Positions 1 through 13,248 of a stretch of 64,000 nucleotides of DNA are shown here, in pieces. This stretch comes from Azolla caroliniana. Lineage: Eukaryota > Plantae > Polypodiophyta. The stretch spans positions 33,232,001 to 33,296,000 of the forward strand of contig JBHGNT010000001.1 of assembly GCA_043228905.1 (NCBI GenBank). The letters are read 5' to 3'. Every line of letters begins with the position of its first letter. Within the stretch, counting starts at the first letter, position 1. The notes below the pieces were generated by a model that was not told the origin of the DNA, searched no databases, and saw nothing but the letters and a program-made list of their open reading frames with translations. The position numbers and the translations under genes were made by a program.

Positions 1-1293
1 GATGTACTCTAGATTGTACAGCTTTGCGTCGAGTATGAATTTTGGAACAAAATGAATATACACTTGCAAAGCTACCCATCCCTCTCTTTTATTTCTTTGC
101 TTTGTAATGATAGCTCCACATGTTTTCAAACCAAAGATTGATGTATGTATTTCTTCTTAGAAGTGATTTCCAACCAACTCTGGAGGATGTCTTTCCCATC
201 CGGATGGCTTCTGAAATTTTTCTAGTGAATTTAGTTCGATTCAAAGTGTGGTGTGTAAAAAAGCATGGAAAAGGTGGCTGTGGGACTTTAGGTACAATAT
301 TATATTATCTATAAGGGTGGGTGTGGATATGGTTTCTTTTTGTAAACAAACTCAAATATTGTGGAAGCTTGTACTTTTGTATTATTCTTATTGTGATCTA
401 CATATTTGTATATAATATGACAGTGAATAAGCTAACCCTAAAATGGGCAATAGTAACATATATGTTTGATCCTGATAGTAGTGCTAGTGTAGACTGCAAG
501 CACACGACCATTTTACTTGAGTGAGACCAAGAGTTCAGGGTTACCCTAGGAAAATGGATATCATGAATCCTTGAAGTGCTCTCTCGCAGACATTGTTTTC
601 ATTTTCTTTTTTGTGAAAGAAAGCAAAAGCAGAATTTGTCCTCTCTTGTAAAGAGCAGTTCAATACAAGTAGATAGTGATCACTAGACGGCATGTTGACA
701 GCTTTACAACTCACTATTGAAAATGCATAATTGTGAATGAAACTTGTGATGTCAAATTAATGTATCAGTTGTGGAAATATTAGGAATACAATTAACCAAA
801 TGAGAAGTAGACTATCTCATGACCCATCCAACAAAATATCTCTTGTGCTATGTCTCCCTTCTCCTAAATAAAGAGTTCATGTTTAAAGGAATAGCATTGT
901 ATGTTTCATAGCTATATGCTCTATCCCTATTGATCATTGTTGCCATTCTTGGAAATCTTACTAATTGTCAAGGCTTCACCAATCGATTCCATAGTCCTTT
1001 CAATGAGATTTGGGAATCACCTTTCGACCAAGCCTATCGACGGAAAGAATAAACAGACTCTTTTAATAGTAAAAAATCATACTTCCTTTTATATGCAATT
1101 TGAATGGTAAATCAATGATTTTTCTAGGTATACACATGAAGACTAGGACAATATGCGTACAAAACCTACATTCCACTATGACATCTAGTAAGGTTGTGAG
1201 ATATTTTTAATGTCCACGGATCTAGTAAGCTAGTGAAAGATATTTTTAACATCTTCAGGAGACCAATTGCGAGAGACAGAGAGAGAGTTTATT

Positions 1294-1540
1294 GGTGGTG
1301 TTCGTGGTGTGAGACAACATATATGTAGGTTGAACGGAAACATGAATCGACAATTTTCGTAACTAGAATTTGAAAGCACATTGACCTTAGAGGAGTTGCC
1401 TCATGTTTCGAAAAGGTTCTTCTTTGGTGGGGTTTGTGGAGTAGGACAACATATACGTAGGTCGAAAGGAAATATGATTTGGCAATTTTTTGTAACTAAA
1501 CTTTGTAAGCACATCATCCTTATTGGGGTTGCCTCATGCC
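1294..1540. repeat. Degenerate tandem duplication, period ~132 bp
   Basis: ggtggtgttcgtggtgtgagacaacatatatgtagg...gttgcctcatg (~1294-1406) recurs as ggtggggtttgtggagtaggacaacatatacgtagg...gttgcctcatg (~1426-1539). Confidence 0.8.
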
Positions 1541-1944
1541 ACTTTGCTTGACATCACCTTAGAGAGTTTACTTCCCCATAAAAATACTCATTGTCATAGT
1601 AGGGACATGAAGGGGTTTTTGTATTGTCATGATGTTTTAATATACATTATTTTGATGAAAAGAGGAGAGACATAGAGATGCGGTCAAACCCTAACTTCCA
1701 TGATGGCATCATTCGTGACAAGAAGACCTTGCATTCTTTTTCAATATCTTCGAGAAGCATCGGAGCCACAAGCATATGCGTGCTATGTATAGATTTCCTT
1801 GTTTTAGAGCTACTCAACGAGGCTACTGCCTTTTTCTTTTACAATGATTTTCTTTATCGGAAGAAAATTGAATATGTGATATGAATTCTAGCCGCACACA
1901 CGTCTCGATTGCTTTGTGAAAGAGGAAGCAAAGAAGGAACTTCA

Positions 1945-2101
1945 GGATGCGAGGGGTATGCTTGGAAATTACCAAAAAGCCAGTGGAGCGGAGAAGGGTA
2001 TGGTCGGAAAGAAGAGAAAGAAAGAACGAAGTGTTGGATGCGAGGGGTATTCTTGGAAATTACCAAAGATCGAGTGGAGTGGAGAAGGGTATGGTCGGAA
2101 A
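1945..2101. repeat. Direct repeat of ~66 bp, period 91 bp, upstream of NIPA
   Basis: ggatgcgaggggtatgcttggaaattaccaaa...ggagaagggtatggtcggaaa at 1945 and again at 2036, nearly identical. Confidence 0.9.
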
Positions 2102-2322
2102 TACTTTTGTGTTTCCTCGTGATTTCCTTCCATCGACTGACAGACACTGTTTGTTTGCAGGGGAGGCTACCTATCCTCATTTGCATCTGATTTCGAAAGA
2201 TCGAGTCGCGATTCTTCAGAAAAAAAGGAATAACAGGAATGCAAAGTGAAGAAGAATACGATCCTTGATCGCGCGACCCGATCTTCTTTCTCTCCTTTTG
2301 CTTCGATTCCATCGGCTGCTTC

Positions 2323-2556
2323 GATGCAGATCTGATCTCAACTTTTGATTTCCCCCACCTAGATCCCATCTCAACCCTTGATTTTCATCTGATAGAAGAT
2401 GGAGCAGATCTGATCTCAATCCCTGGTTGTATCATCTGATGGGCGATGCATATCTGAATCATCTCAACCATCTGTTTTATTATTCGACGACCAATGCAGA
2501 TGTGATCATCTCTTAAAAATCTGATCTCATAATCTGATGGGCGGTGCGGATCTTAA
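2323..2556. repeat. Degenerate AGATCTGATCTCAA / CATCTGAT motif array just upstream of the NIPA ATG
   Basis: About six variants: gatgcagatctgatctcaa, ctagatcccatctcaa, gagcagatctgatctcaa, gatgcatatctgaatcatctcaa, atgcagatgtgatcatctc, aatctgatctcataatctgat. Confidence 0.7.
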
Positions 2557-2591
2557 CATTTGATTCAATCATACTGAAAATATCCGTAGCT

Positions 2592-5500
2592 ATGGATGAA
2601 TCCGTCCATGGCAATCCCTCTCAATACATATCCTCAGACAATGTGAAAGGTGTTGTGCTCGCCCTCTCATCCAGCCTCTTTATCGGGGCTAGCTTCATCG
2701 TGAAGAAGAAGGGGCTCAAGAAAGCTGCCTCCTCAAGCACAAGGGCAGGTGAATTTCTTTGTACATACTCAAAAATTTGAAGATTTTTGGTTGTTCAATC
2801 GTAATTATTATTATTATTGTTCATCATTGCTGTATTTCTTTGGAAAAGGGTCCCTTTTTTTGGGTAGTAAATGTCCTAATTTTCCCCCGTTGGGGAGACG
2901 GGAGGGGGGGGTGGACACAACAGTTCTGGGGAAAAATGACTGTGTTCACTGAGTTGCTGTCTAAACATTTTGAAATGGTTACACTGTGCAGTTAATTTTT
3001 TTTGAAATGGTCGATTAATAACACATTACTGGTTAGAAAATGTACATGTTCTGGGGAAAAACGTGGCCTTCAATATTTAGACCTTAAAAGGACCTCTAAG
3101 AAATGTCACTAACTTCTCACCATTTGGATTAAAATGACTGTTACTCACCAAATTGCTGGTAATTATTTTTGATTGTGCTGGTATGAAATACCTGTAAAAG
3201 AAATAAAACCATCATTTAGGGACAAGGTGCCTTTGGTACAGTTGGAATTTAAGACAAATTTTTTAATTGGACAAATGGTAAAAGAGAAAATCAGGCATTT
3301 GAGGTAATGTAATTGCTAGGGAAATGAAGTCCCATGTTCGTGTCTTGTAGTTCCTTTGGTAATTTTGTTACTTTCTTTTGAACTAGGTGGTGGAATTCTA
3401 ATGAATTTCACTACAATTATTATAAATTCGTTTTCTTTGCAATAATCCAGAGGGGAGCGAAGTACACATCCTGAGATTGGCAACCACATATTGACCACTT
3501 AAATCTAGAGATAAAGCATGTAATAAAACGCAAGTGAACATTCTCTCCAAAATGGAAAGGTTCAATAAACATAATGAAAATGCATTGCTATTCAAACAAA
3601 GCGAAAGGAGGTGGATAGCATGCACATAAAGTTGTTTCCTGGATGTATTGGCAACAAAACTAAAATGCCAAACTTCCTAACTTTGAGAGTATAAAATCAT
3701 GGTGGGTAACAGAAAACGGTAATGTAGAGCTATTCAATATTCATCAAAAAATGGACAAGTACTATGCTCTCAGAAAATCGGGACAAGTACTATGGACACA
3801 TTTTTAATAGAGCTATTGTGAAGGCTTCCGTAGTAGCACACGCCACACACATATTTACTCAATCTATTCTGTGGCATATATATACTCAAGCCTATATAGA
3901 ATTACACTCTCTTGTTCCTTCAGTTATACAACTATCATGATTGAACTTTACTTCGGTAAACTATATGGTTTGAACCTGGAGTTACAATGTTGTGTATGAG
4001 AAGAGGGATATGGCTGCTGCTCAATTAGACAAGTGGGTTTTGGAAGGGGTTCACAACTTTGGATCACATATTGATGAATTGAGCCCTTATTTAAGTGGCA
4101 GGAGACCATAAAAGGAGAATCTATGTAGCTTTGTAGGTTTCCAAAAGGCCTTCAACAGTGTACCCCATGCTCGGCTCATGTAGTGACTAGAAGCCCTTGG
4201 AGGCCCAATAGATATGCAGTGGGAAATCTATCCATTATATGAAGCAATGTCAGGATAAAAAACTCCTAATAGTGACCGATGCATTATTCCCATCTATGAC
4301 TATATCCAATGGATGTGTGAGCTCCCTAAGGAAAGTGACTCTATGTCTGCCATAGTGCCATTCTTTATGAAATAAGATAGAGATACCATTACCTCTTCAA
4401 TAAGACTTTGGCCACTACACAAGATACTGGATACAAAAAACAACAATGCTTGGGACTGTTCTTCCGAGAACTGACCAGAGAACAATCATAACTTTCTTTA
4501 GCTCCATCATTCATGCTACAAGTCAGTCAAGGACTACACAATCGAAAAGGGTTGCAACTTACAATAGATTAAGCAATAGCAATATGCCATGCATGTAAGT
4601 TCACGACTGTTTGAACCCTAGGCTCATTATTCTTGCCACTGTCACCCTTCATCGAAGGTTATTCCCTTGCTTTGGATATCTCTCCATCTTTTAGTGGTCC
4701 ATGTTGGAAAATTTTTGAGGGCAAAAATTTCAGCCTGTCTAAGCTAAGTTCAGAATCTAAGTGCCTAGATATCGAGATTATTGGGAACTCTGTTTTTAGT
4801 TATATTTTTCCGGTTTGTTCTCAAAGACAAGAAAACATTTTTAAGGTATAATCTCTTGTCTGGATTTATAGGTCATTTTGGGCTCTTACAAGACCTTAAT
4901 ATTGCTTTCTTTCTAAGTTAATGGTGTAGGTCTCCATCATCTTATTATACATTTAGGATTTGCATCATCTTATTGTTTGCTTAATTTTATCAGTTTCTCT
5001 TTTTTTCTTGAGGTGTGTATTGTCCTTGTGTAAAGAAATGTTACTTGCTTCAGATCTCAACCTTGTATTGTTATTTGAAAGCAGACAAATTGTTCAACAT
5101 TCCTGACTTGGAGATTGGGAAGTCCTAAGAAACCTTTCTATTTGATAAAGATTTAGGTTTTTTGCACTCATTCACTAGCAGAATTTTCTGAAAAAGACCG
5201 ACGAAAATAGTTCTGCTAACTGATATTTTTCATATTATTCTCATAAGCTCAGATGAAAATAAATTTATGAAGGCAACATTGTGTTCTTGGCAGGTCTTGG
5301 TGGATACTCTTATTTGTATGAACCACTTTGGTGGGTTGGCATGATAACAAGTATGTATTTGAGGTTGCCTCATGTCCCTTTGGTTCTTTGGTCAATGTAG
5401 CCATTATTCATTAAACCAGTATAATGTGACAGTGATTGTTGGAGAAATAGCAAATTTTGTCGCCTATGCTTTTGCTCCTGCAATCCTTGTTGCCCCTCTT

Positions 5501-7714
5501 GGTGCTTTGAGCATAATTGTGAGGTACAGTGTAGGTTTAAATCATCTTATGAAAATTCTTATGTGTGAGGTATACTGATGATCTCACTCATACTTCTGGT
5601 TTTCTTTTTGTGCAGTGCAGTGCTAGCACATATAATGCTGAAGGAGAAATTGCATATTTTAGGAATACTAGGATGTATACTTTGTGTAGTTGGGTCAACG
5701 TCAATTGTCTTATATGCTCCTCCAGAGCGTCAGATTGAATCTGTAAAGGAAGTATGGTTTCTTGCAACTGAACCTGGTAGTTCCCTAACTACAAATTTTT
5801 TTCATGATACATTTTTTATTATCAAACTTTGTTTTACCTAATTGGATGCATTCCTACAAATTGGCAGCATTTTTGATGTACTCAGCTGCGGTGATGGTAT
5901 TGGCATTAGTCTTAATATTTCATTTTGTACCTCTTCATGGCAACACACATGTAATGGTTTACATTGGTATCTGCTCCCTGATGGGTTCTCTCTCGGTATA
6001 TCCTATCACTCTTTAGTTTAATTATGTTCAAGGATGCATGAGTTCTAGTTAAAATGCTGCTTTGAATAGGTTGCTTTACCATTTTCCATTAGCATTTAGA
6101 TTCTCATATTTGATCCACAACAAGATTCCTTCCTCTTCATAATTGGTCATCCACTTGACAGTCAATTTGCACAATCCCCTGCTGGTATCAATTTGAGCCT
6201 CCCACATTTTTTACTTCGAATATTAATTGTGCAACAAATCTTGAGGCTGAGCCCAGCAATCTTCATCCACATTTGGTTAGGCCTTACTGCTTCCTAGATA
6301 TCAATGGCTCTTTTTGATCCAACATATGTGACTCAGGATGACCACAAGCTCTCATTCGAGCCTTCAGTATGTCATTCTTTAGCTAATACAATAGAAAGAT
6401 GTCCAGTTTACTTTTCTGGCATGATTCAATTCATAACTTATAAATTACAATGCCAAATCTATTTTTGTGATTCTACTTCTATGACCAGAACCCACTGGGT
6501 CATACATAACCAGATGTGTATGAACTTGAATCCACATATGAAATCATAATTCCAAAAGAATGAATCAGAATTCATTGTCCACAATTCTAAAGTTATAGTT
6601 GAGAAACAACTCATGGTCCAAATTCCATAATATGTAATCCAGAAATCATAATCCGCAACCCATACCCTGTCCTGTAATTAAATATTTATGGTTTATAGAG
6701 GGACATCTGATTTCACAATAATCCACAGCCTGTATTGCATAGTTTAGATTCATAATCCAAAAATCATAGCTAAAATCCAAAATGACTGAGAACAGATTAA
6801 GTGTAGTAGCTCATCAGTTTTATGATTGCTTGAAGAATACAATGATTGTGTTCTTTCTGCTTATAAATAGGTGATGAGCGTGAAGGCTTTGGGGATCGCT
6901 CTTAAGCTTACCTTTGAAGGAACAAATCAGCTTGTTTATCCAGAAACATGGGCCTTTGCTATTGTAGTCATATCATGCGTTCTGATGCAAATAACCTATC
7001 TGAACAAGGTAAGCTTCTCCATACAAATGCAACTATTTTAGGTTTAGAATTCTGTGCAAAAGTAGCATGGTACCAACTTAGGGCTGAGGTGGCATTTAGG
7101 CCAAACCTCTCCAACGAAATTCTACAGCTTTAGGGTTTAGGTTTATCTCAAAGTACGAATGAAAAACATTGTTTCCACTATATTACAGGCTTTAGACACA
7201 TTCAATACAGCTGTGGTGTCTCCAATTTACTATGTGATGTTCACGTCATTGACAATATTGGCAAGTGTGATAATGTTCAAGGTATGCATAAATGTATACA
7301 TAGAAAAGCTTTTTCAAAGCTATTATCAAAAGGTGCTTATGTTGGAATGTGTTTGTCACAGGACTGGGATAGACAAAACCCATCACAGATAATTACAGAG
7401 CTTTGTGGATTTATAACCATCTTGTCAGGCACTTTTTTATTGCATTCGACGAAAGATATGGGCGATAACATGACATCAGGATTAAGTCTGTGCTGATACT
7501 CTAGTTTGTTGTTGCCTCATGGTTTTTGAACATTTTAGTGCTTGCACGTGTTGATTTAATTTATATTATTTACTTGGTATGAAAAATTGATGCAGATGGC
7601 TATGGCGGTTTATCCTCACCTCACAATGGTCGTTTGAATTCGATGAAACGACCCGATATTGGTCTGGAAGAAAATATTCCTCTACGACGGGTGGAGTCAT
7701 TTCGGGCACCTTAG
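2592..7714 (+). CDS. NIPA: NIPA-family (DUF803) magnesium transporter, 9 coding exons
   Basis: Exons approx. 2592-2748, 5294-5350, 5433-5523, 5616-5776, 5868-5995, 6871-7008, 7189-7281, 7362-~7485 and 7596-7714, with GT-AG boundaries and continuous frame. Family motifs: [137 protein letters not shown]. Ends EENIPLRRVESFRAP*. Confidence 0.95.
3925..4915 (+). mobile_element. Decayed non-LTR retrotransposon (LINE) in NIPA intron 1: RT fragment, C-terminus and 3' UTR, internally deleted
   Basis: Frameshifted remnants: TIMI..KLYG, QVGF.RG.TTLDHI, FV(G)FQKAFNSVPHARLM*.LEALG (LINE RT FVDFxKAFDxV motif) and FYEIR.RYHYLF. The 3' part (4630-4915) matches the repeat at 36820-37120, 38290-38440 and 56090-56260. 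Confidence 0.8.
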
Positions 7715-9879
7715 CCTGGAAAACTTGTTGTACTATCATCAGCAACTAATTTTATTGAAGCTAAGCTAAAGCTTTCTCAAGAAACTGGCATCCATTATTG
7801 CCTTTGTATATGAGGTTATGTTTTCAACACTCTTTTATTTATTATATAGAAAGAGTATGGTCACATTGGAAGGTACATAACAATGGGAAATTTGTCGTGG
7901 AGCATGATTTGCTATATCTCTAGTGGAATTAATAGGGCTTCGTTGTTATTATGCATGCAAATCTTTTCCAGTCTGTTGCAATGTTTTCTATGTTCAAGGA
8001 GCTTGTGCATTCAAATATCAAACATCTACATGTGGGAAACAAAATCAGTCTAGCAGGATATACTTTGTTTTTGGGCAAGCAAGTTGAGAGCAAGTTTAGG
8101 TTGAATGTTAAACATGGGTGTCTATGTTCGACGAATAGAAATAAACAGATGTTGACGTTTTTTTATATTTATTAAACTGTAATCTCCATACTGAAAGGAT
8201 ATTCACTAAAAAACTTGGGTTTGATTAAATCTTTTGGGGACTCAACGCATAGCTTTACATTGCAGTTCTTCCCACTTATCTGAAACGGTGATCCATGATT
8301 GTAATCATATTGCAATCTACAGAAATAAAGGTTGAAGAAATGATCATGGGCAAAGTATAATATGCGAAAATGCCAATCAACGGCTGAGCAAAACGCAAAG
8401 CATGAATGTTCCAATGCTCTGATTAAGAAGAACATGACGCTAATGAATATGAACACCAATCACATGAGTTGGGCCTATACATACACCAACTACTTATCTC
8501 TATGTAGTTAACATTTCTCACATCTAATGCTTGATATACACAAAGCAAAGATTTATATAGGTCATGGGTGACGCCAATGGAGGCCTCGGTGGTAGAGGGC
8601 ATAGACAAATTACATTGAGAAATTTACGTGTATTCAACAAAATACATTGGGAATTCACCAAAATATAGAGGATATTTGGTCATATTAAATTAGGATTCCA
8701 AATTATGTGTATTCTTGACTTGTACTTGTACTTTAGAAAGTTGATAAAAAATACTAGTTAGTGCAATATAATTCTGAAAACGCTGACGAAATCATTTAGA
8801 CAAAGGAAATTTTGTTGTTATGTGTTAGTTGTTGCATCATGAAGACAAAGTCAAAAAAATGAGATTACAAGCTAAAGCACAATGCTTGTCACTCCACGTA
8901 AGTTTGTTGGTATAATGCGTATAAAGTTTGTAAGAATAGATAAGCTTATTGGGCTAGGATCAAAGGAATATTTTTTTGTTGCAAGAAACAAACTATTCAC
9001 AAAGATTTGGAACATAAAGTGCTCGTTTGTATAATATATGTTCGTCATAGTTAAACATTAATACGGAGTTGATAAGATCTTCTCTCACTAATCCAATGCA
9101 ATGCTATAATAGTTTTGTGCTTATCTTTCTTTGTGAAGAACACAAAAACTTTATGTTTCTTGTAGTCTTCTCAATGTTTTCAACTAATAATAGGGAATCT
9201 TCAGCTTCCTTTTTCATTTTTGAATATCCATGTTATTTGTTATTTGTATCTACTTTGTCTTGCCCTCTCTTATCTTTTCATTTGATTATTTGTTATTTAG
9301 TTATTGTAATGTCTCTAAGCATGCAATGAATTTCCATGAATGTTCTAACTTCATGTAATTATTCAATGATTTGTACCCCTCTCTCTGTTCGACTACTTTT
9401 CCATTTGATCAATATGGTTCTTTTGTACAGTGACTTCTAACATGACAAGTCGACCTTCTATCCCTTTTGCTTCTTTCATGTACTAACATAAGAGAATTTT
9501 TACTTGTCCTATTATCTATATTCCTCCCTATATTAAAATTAGTTGCTCCACTTTCCTCTTCTATCATTCATATTATTACTCCTATACCTCCCCTCTCTCT
9601 TGCCATTAATTTGAACTCTTAGAACTAGAGACTTCACATGCACAAATAATGAATTGATGCTCTCAAAAAAGAAACCCCCTTCCTTTCTAAAGAGAACAAA
9701 TATTGAGAAAAGCACTAAAAGCTAGATATGAGAGCAATACATACATAGAAAATTCGTAAAATCATTTTCTATAGAAGTTGAGCTTCTGTTCCTTAAGTTT
9801 TTGAAAGTCAGCTTTCACTCTTTAAAGAAGGGAATTGCCCATGACCCTACATGGGAAATAGTGAGTGGGCTATCTAATA

Positions 9880-9945
9880 AGTATCATATATTCATTTTCA
9901 AGGACAAACAACCTTTGGAAGGGGGAGTATTCTCATGACATTGAT
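9880..9945 (+). mobile_element. Possible decayed Gypsy LTR-retrotransposon 3' end (polypurine tract next to the LTR start)
   Basis: tcaaggacaaacaacctttggaagggggagtattctcatga resembles the usual gaggacaa...gaaggggg.gtattgtca end-of-integrase/PPT/TG junction. No PBS or paired LTR was found. Confidence 0.35.
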
Positions 9946-12817
9946 CCTAGCATTGGCAAATGGGTTCTACATCTAAAATAGTGATCATGAGATACATTAT
10001 GGTTTTTCAGTGATCATGAGATACATTATGGGTTTTTCAAGGAACTTGGAATCAATGACTAAGTAGACAATTGTAAATGGTTTTCATTGCAACAATTCGG
10101 ATTGATAGTTGATGAGAGAAGATTCCTCGTTTAACGAAATCCCTTATTGGCATTCTTCATTTGGTTTTGCGTTACTTAATGCATTAGGAAAGAAGCTTTA
10201 GCACTAGGTAAATAAAATAACATTCTTGATAATTTCATAAAAGCAATGAATCATGTCAAGCAAACAACATGGAAAATGCTTAAACTAAAGAAGAAAAGAG
10301 AAGGCAAATTTTAATTTTGCATGGAAAATATGAAGTAAGTATATCACCTATGAATTTATTAAATTTTTGAGATCAGTTAGATTGATTAATTAGGGACTAC
10401 CTTAAGAGCCTAATGTTTTTCTTACGTTGCCTTTGTCACCATGAATAATGTTTTGAATTGCTCACCATGAATAATGTATACATAATACAATCATAATCAA
10501 GTTAAGTTAGCATTATTGGTGGTTAAAGTTCATTTTAGGGTTGAGCTTTGCCTTCTAAGAAGGTAAGAACACTTGACTACTATGTAAAATTTGGAAGAAA
10601 ACACAAGAGATTAGAGAGATAGATTGGAAACGATTTTGCCAAGGACTTTGAGTACACCTTCTAAACTGATTGCAAAAAAAGGCAACGTTCCCTTATTCAT
10701 TTTTATCCAGCTAGAATCTCTTCTCTACCACAAATGTTGTGCGCACTTACTCACGTGCATATTAGCTTGCGTTGTAAGTCTAGCTTTTAGTGTAAATATT
10801 ATCATATCTTACTGATTGGTTATGCATATTCCCAAGCTTTGAGGAATGCCTACCTTGGAGACCGAAGATGTTTGAATTGAGTAGGAAGTGTGTACCATTA
10901 AATTCTTGGACCTGGAATTGTCTATAAGTGTGTGTTGATGGCTATTTGGTGTATTAACTTTGCAAGTAAAAGCACAATAAGAGCATAGACCTATTGACAA
11001 GTAAATGTTTTAGCACATACGACAAATCCAAGAATAAGGATTTAACATGACTATATTTCCGTGCATATCGAGTCTCCCACAACTCTTGAGAAAAATGAGT
11101 CGCAATATGGTCTTAGAATATTCTAAGCAATATATGGTTATATACCACTTTAATTTCAACTACTCATATTTTTTATTACTCTTGCTTCCTTTCTTAATAC
11201 TATAACGTTAATATGTTTTGTACTAAGCTCTCCGACATCTTTTTATTTGAGCACTATTCTCATAATATCATCATCACATAGTGTAATCGTTATACTTTTA
11301 GCTAAATTATTTTTGACCTCATTGTTTTTTAGGATGGTGTGGATATTTAAAACATGAATCCGACATCATAATCCTTACAAAAATTATTTGAAAGATGATT
11401 AAAGTTCTTTGACACTTCTTGCTTGTTTCCTTACAATTGTGTACAATATTTTTCTAAGTTGCAAATTAAAAGAATTTATGATAGACTAATGTATTTTTTA
11501 TGGAGTTCTATGGAGCATGACATAGATAAGTATAGGTATAATATTGGCTAATGTATGACTACTTGTGATATCTTGAGTGATGCCTTTATCTTTACAGTTA
11601 TTATCTTGGTCTCCATGGTACAGTTTGAAAATTGAGATAGACCTTTTACGGTGTTAATAATTTCCTATGGTAGGTAAAATGCACAAAATAGTGTCAAGTT
11701 TTACCCAACTTTGGATGGTTAGGTAGTTTACAGTTAATCACTCTACATATTGAAACAATAGTTGAAAGCAATGGATATACCCCTTGTTGGAAAGAGCTCA
11801 TCATGTGCCAAATCTTAAGCTATTACTACTTGAATTTGTGTGATAAGTAAAAAAAACACATCATGAATATATTTGAGATTGGCAGTGTCTTCACCACTTT
11901 CAACACCAATATTTCTTGTTTTTGCCCCGAACCTTATAAGGCCCCACTAAGAAAACATAGAGTGCTCAAGTTTTCATAATACAAAATTATAATTCTTATA
12001 TAAGCTATGTTCAATCGAAGATAACATTGAATATTAAGAGCTCATTCATGGCATAAATTTGAATGTGTTTGGGCACATTCAAACACCATACCATATGTGT
12101 GAACAAGGTTAAAATCTTGATAAAATTTACGCCAATAATTATGAATCATAATCAAGTGTAGCAAAACAAAGAGAACAAGTTACCAAACATTCATCATAAC
12201 TTTGGTTAGTAAGCTATGGCGAGAATGTAATGAAATCAAACTTATACACGTGGCCATGGTTGGACGTTCAATTAAGGTGTGGAATCCAAATTGGCAATGT
12301 CTACAAAGACTTTTAAGAGTAGCTCTCACCGAAAGAGAAACAAGCTCCAAGAAAGCATGGGAGATGGATTTTGAGCCTCTCAGTGTGAGTAAATGTAGAG
12401 GGATGTAATGTAGATCACATGTCCATGTGTGGTGCAAACTATGTGACCACGTAAATGTGCACATGGGGAGAAGACACCTAGTGATCTTTCTATCTTTTTC
12501 ATTAGCTTTTTAAAGGAAAGAGGATGAATCCATCACAAAAGCTGATATTAAATGTCATTGTACTGGCACACCTTTATTCATTAGTGGACGCCAGAGGAAG
12601 CAAATGTAGCAAGATTTTGAATATTTGTATTTACCTCGCTCCCTACCCTTAATTGAACGTTGGTTTTTTTTAACCTTGAGGGAAATTAAGAAAAAAAATT
12701 AAGTGGTCATTCAAACCAACGGTAACCATAAGCATTTTGCATAGAAAGGATGAAAAAGGCATGCCAATGTGGAGATAAAACATAACATATGCATATTAAA
12801 ACATGAGGAACAAATGA

Positions 12818-12819
<2 letters not shown>

Positions 12820-12854
<35 letters not shown>
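12820..12854. repeat. (TG)n microsatellite
   Basis: Pure tg run of about 17 units. Confidence 0.95.
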
Positions 12855-12857
<3 letters not shown>

Positions 12858-13248
12858 CTTATTAATCTCCTCATAAATTTGCTTTGCGGGATTTCGACGC
12901 ACATTGAGGTTCACCAGATCTATCATTGTAAAGTAAAGTAAAGGAATCAAATGAGCCCAATATATATGTATACTCTTGGACCCCATCAATTTCAAAGGAG
13001 AGTGGGAAGGTAACAAATACATATATGCTTGGTGACAGAGACAAGCCATCCATCAGAATGACAACAACACTATGATCTTTACAAACCGGAAGTAGAAGAG
13101 GAAATCTAGCAAATAAGCGAGGTTTTATTTTCCTTTCTTTTGCTAGGTCAATTTGGTAGAAGAAGGAATAGAGGGCGAATCGAGGGTCTCAAACTGTTGT
13201 GCGAGCGCGCCGAGTGCACCTGTGTGTGTGTATATATATTTGTGAAAC

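Noticed and set aside
1854-2369. Cluster of ORFs up to 171 aa upstream of NIPA
   Set aside because: Explained by a 91-bp duplication and GC-richer promoter DNA; no family similarity recognised.
6500-6790. Recurrent CATAATCC-like words in NIPA intron 5
   Set aside because: Too degenerate to define a unit or ends; probably a decayed minisatellite.
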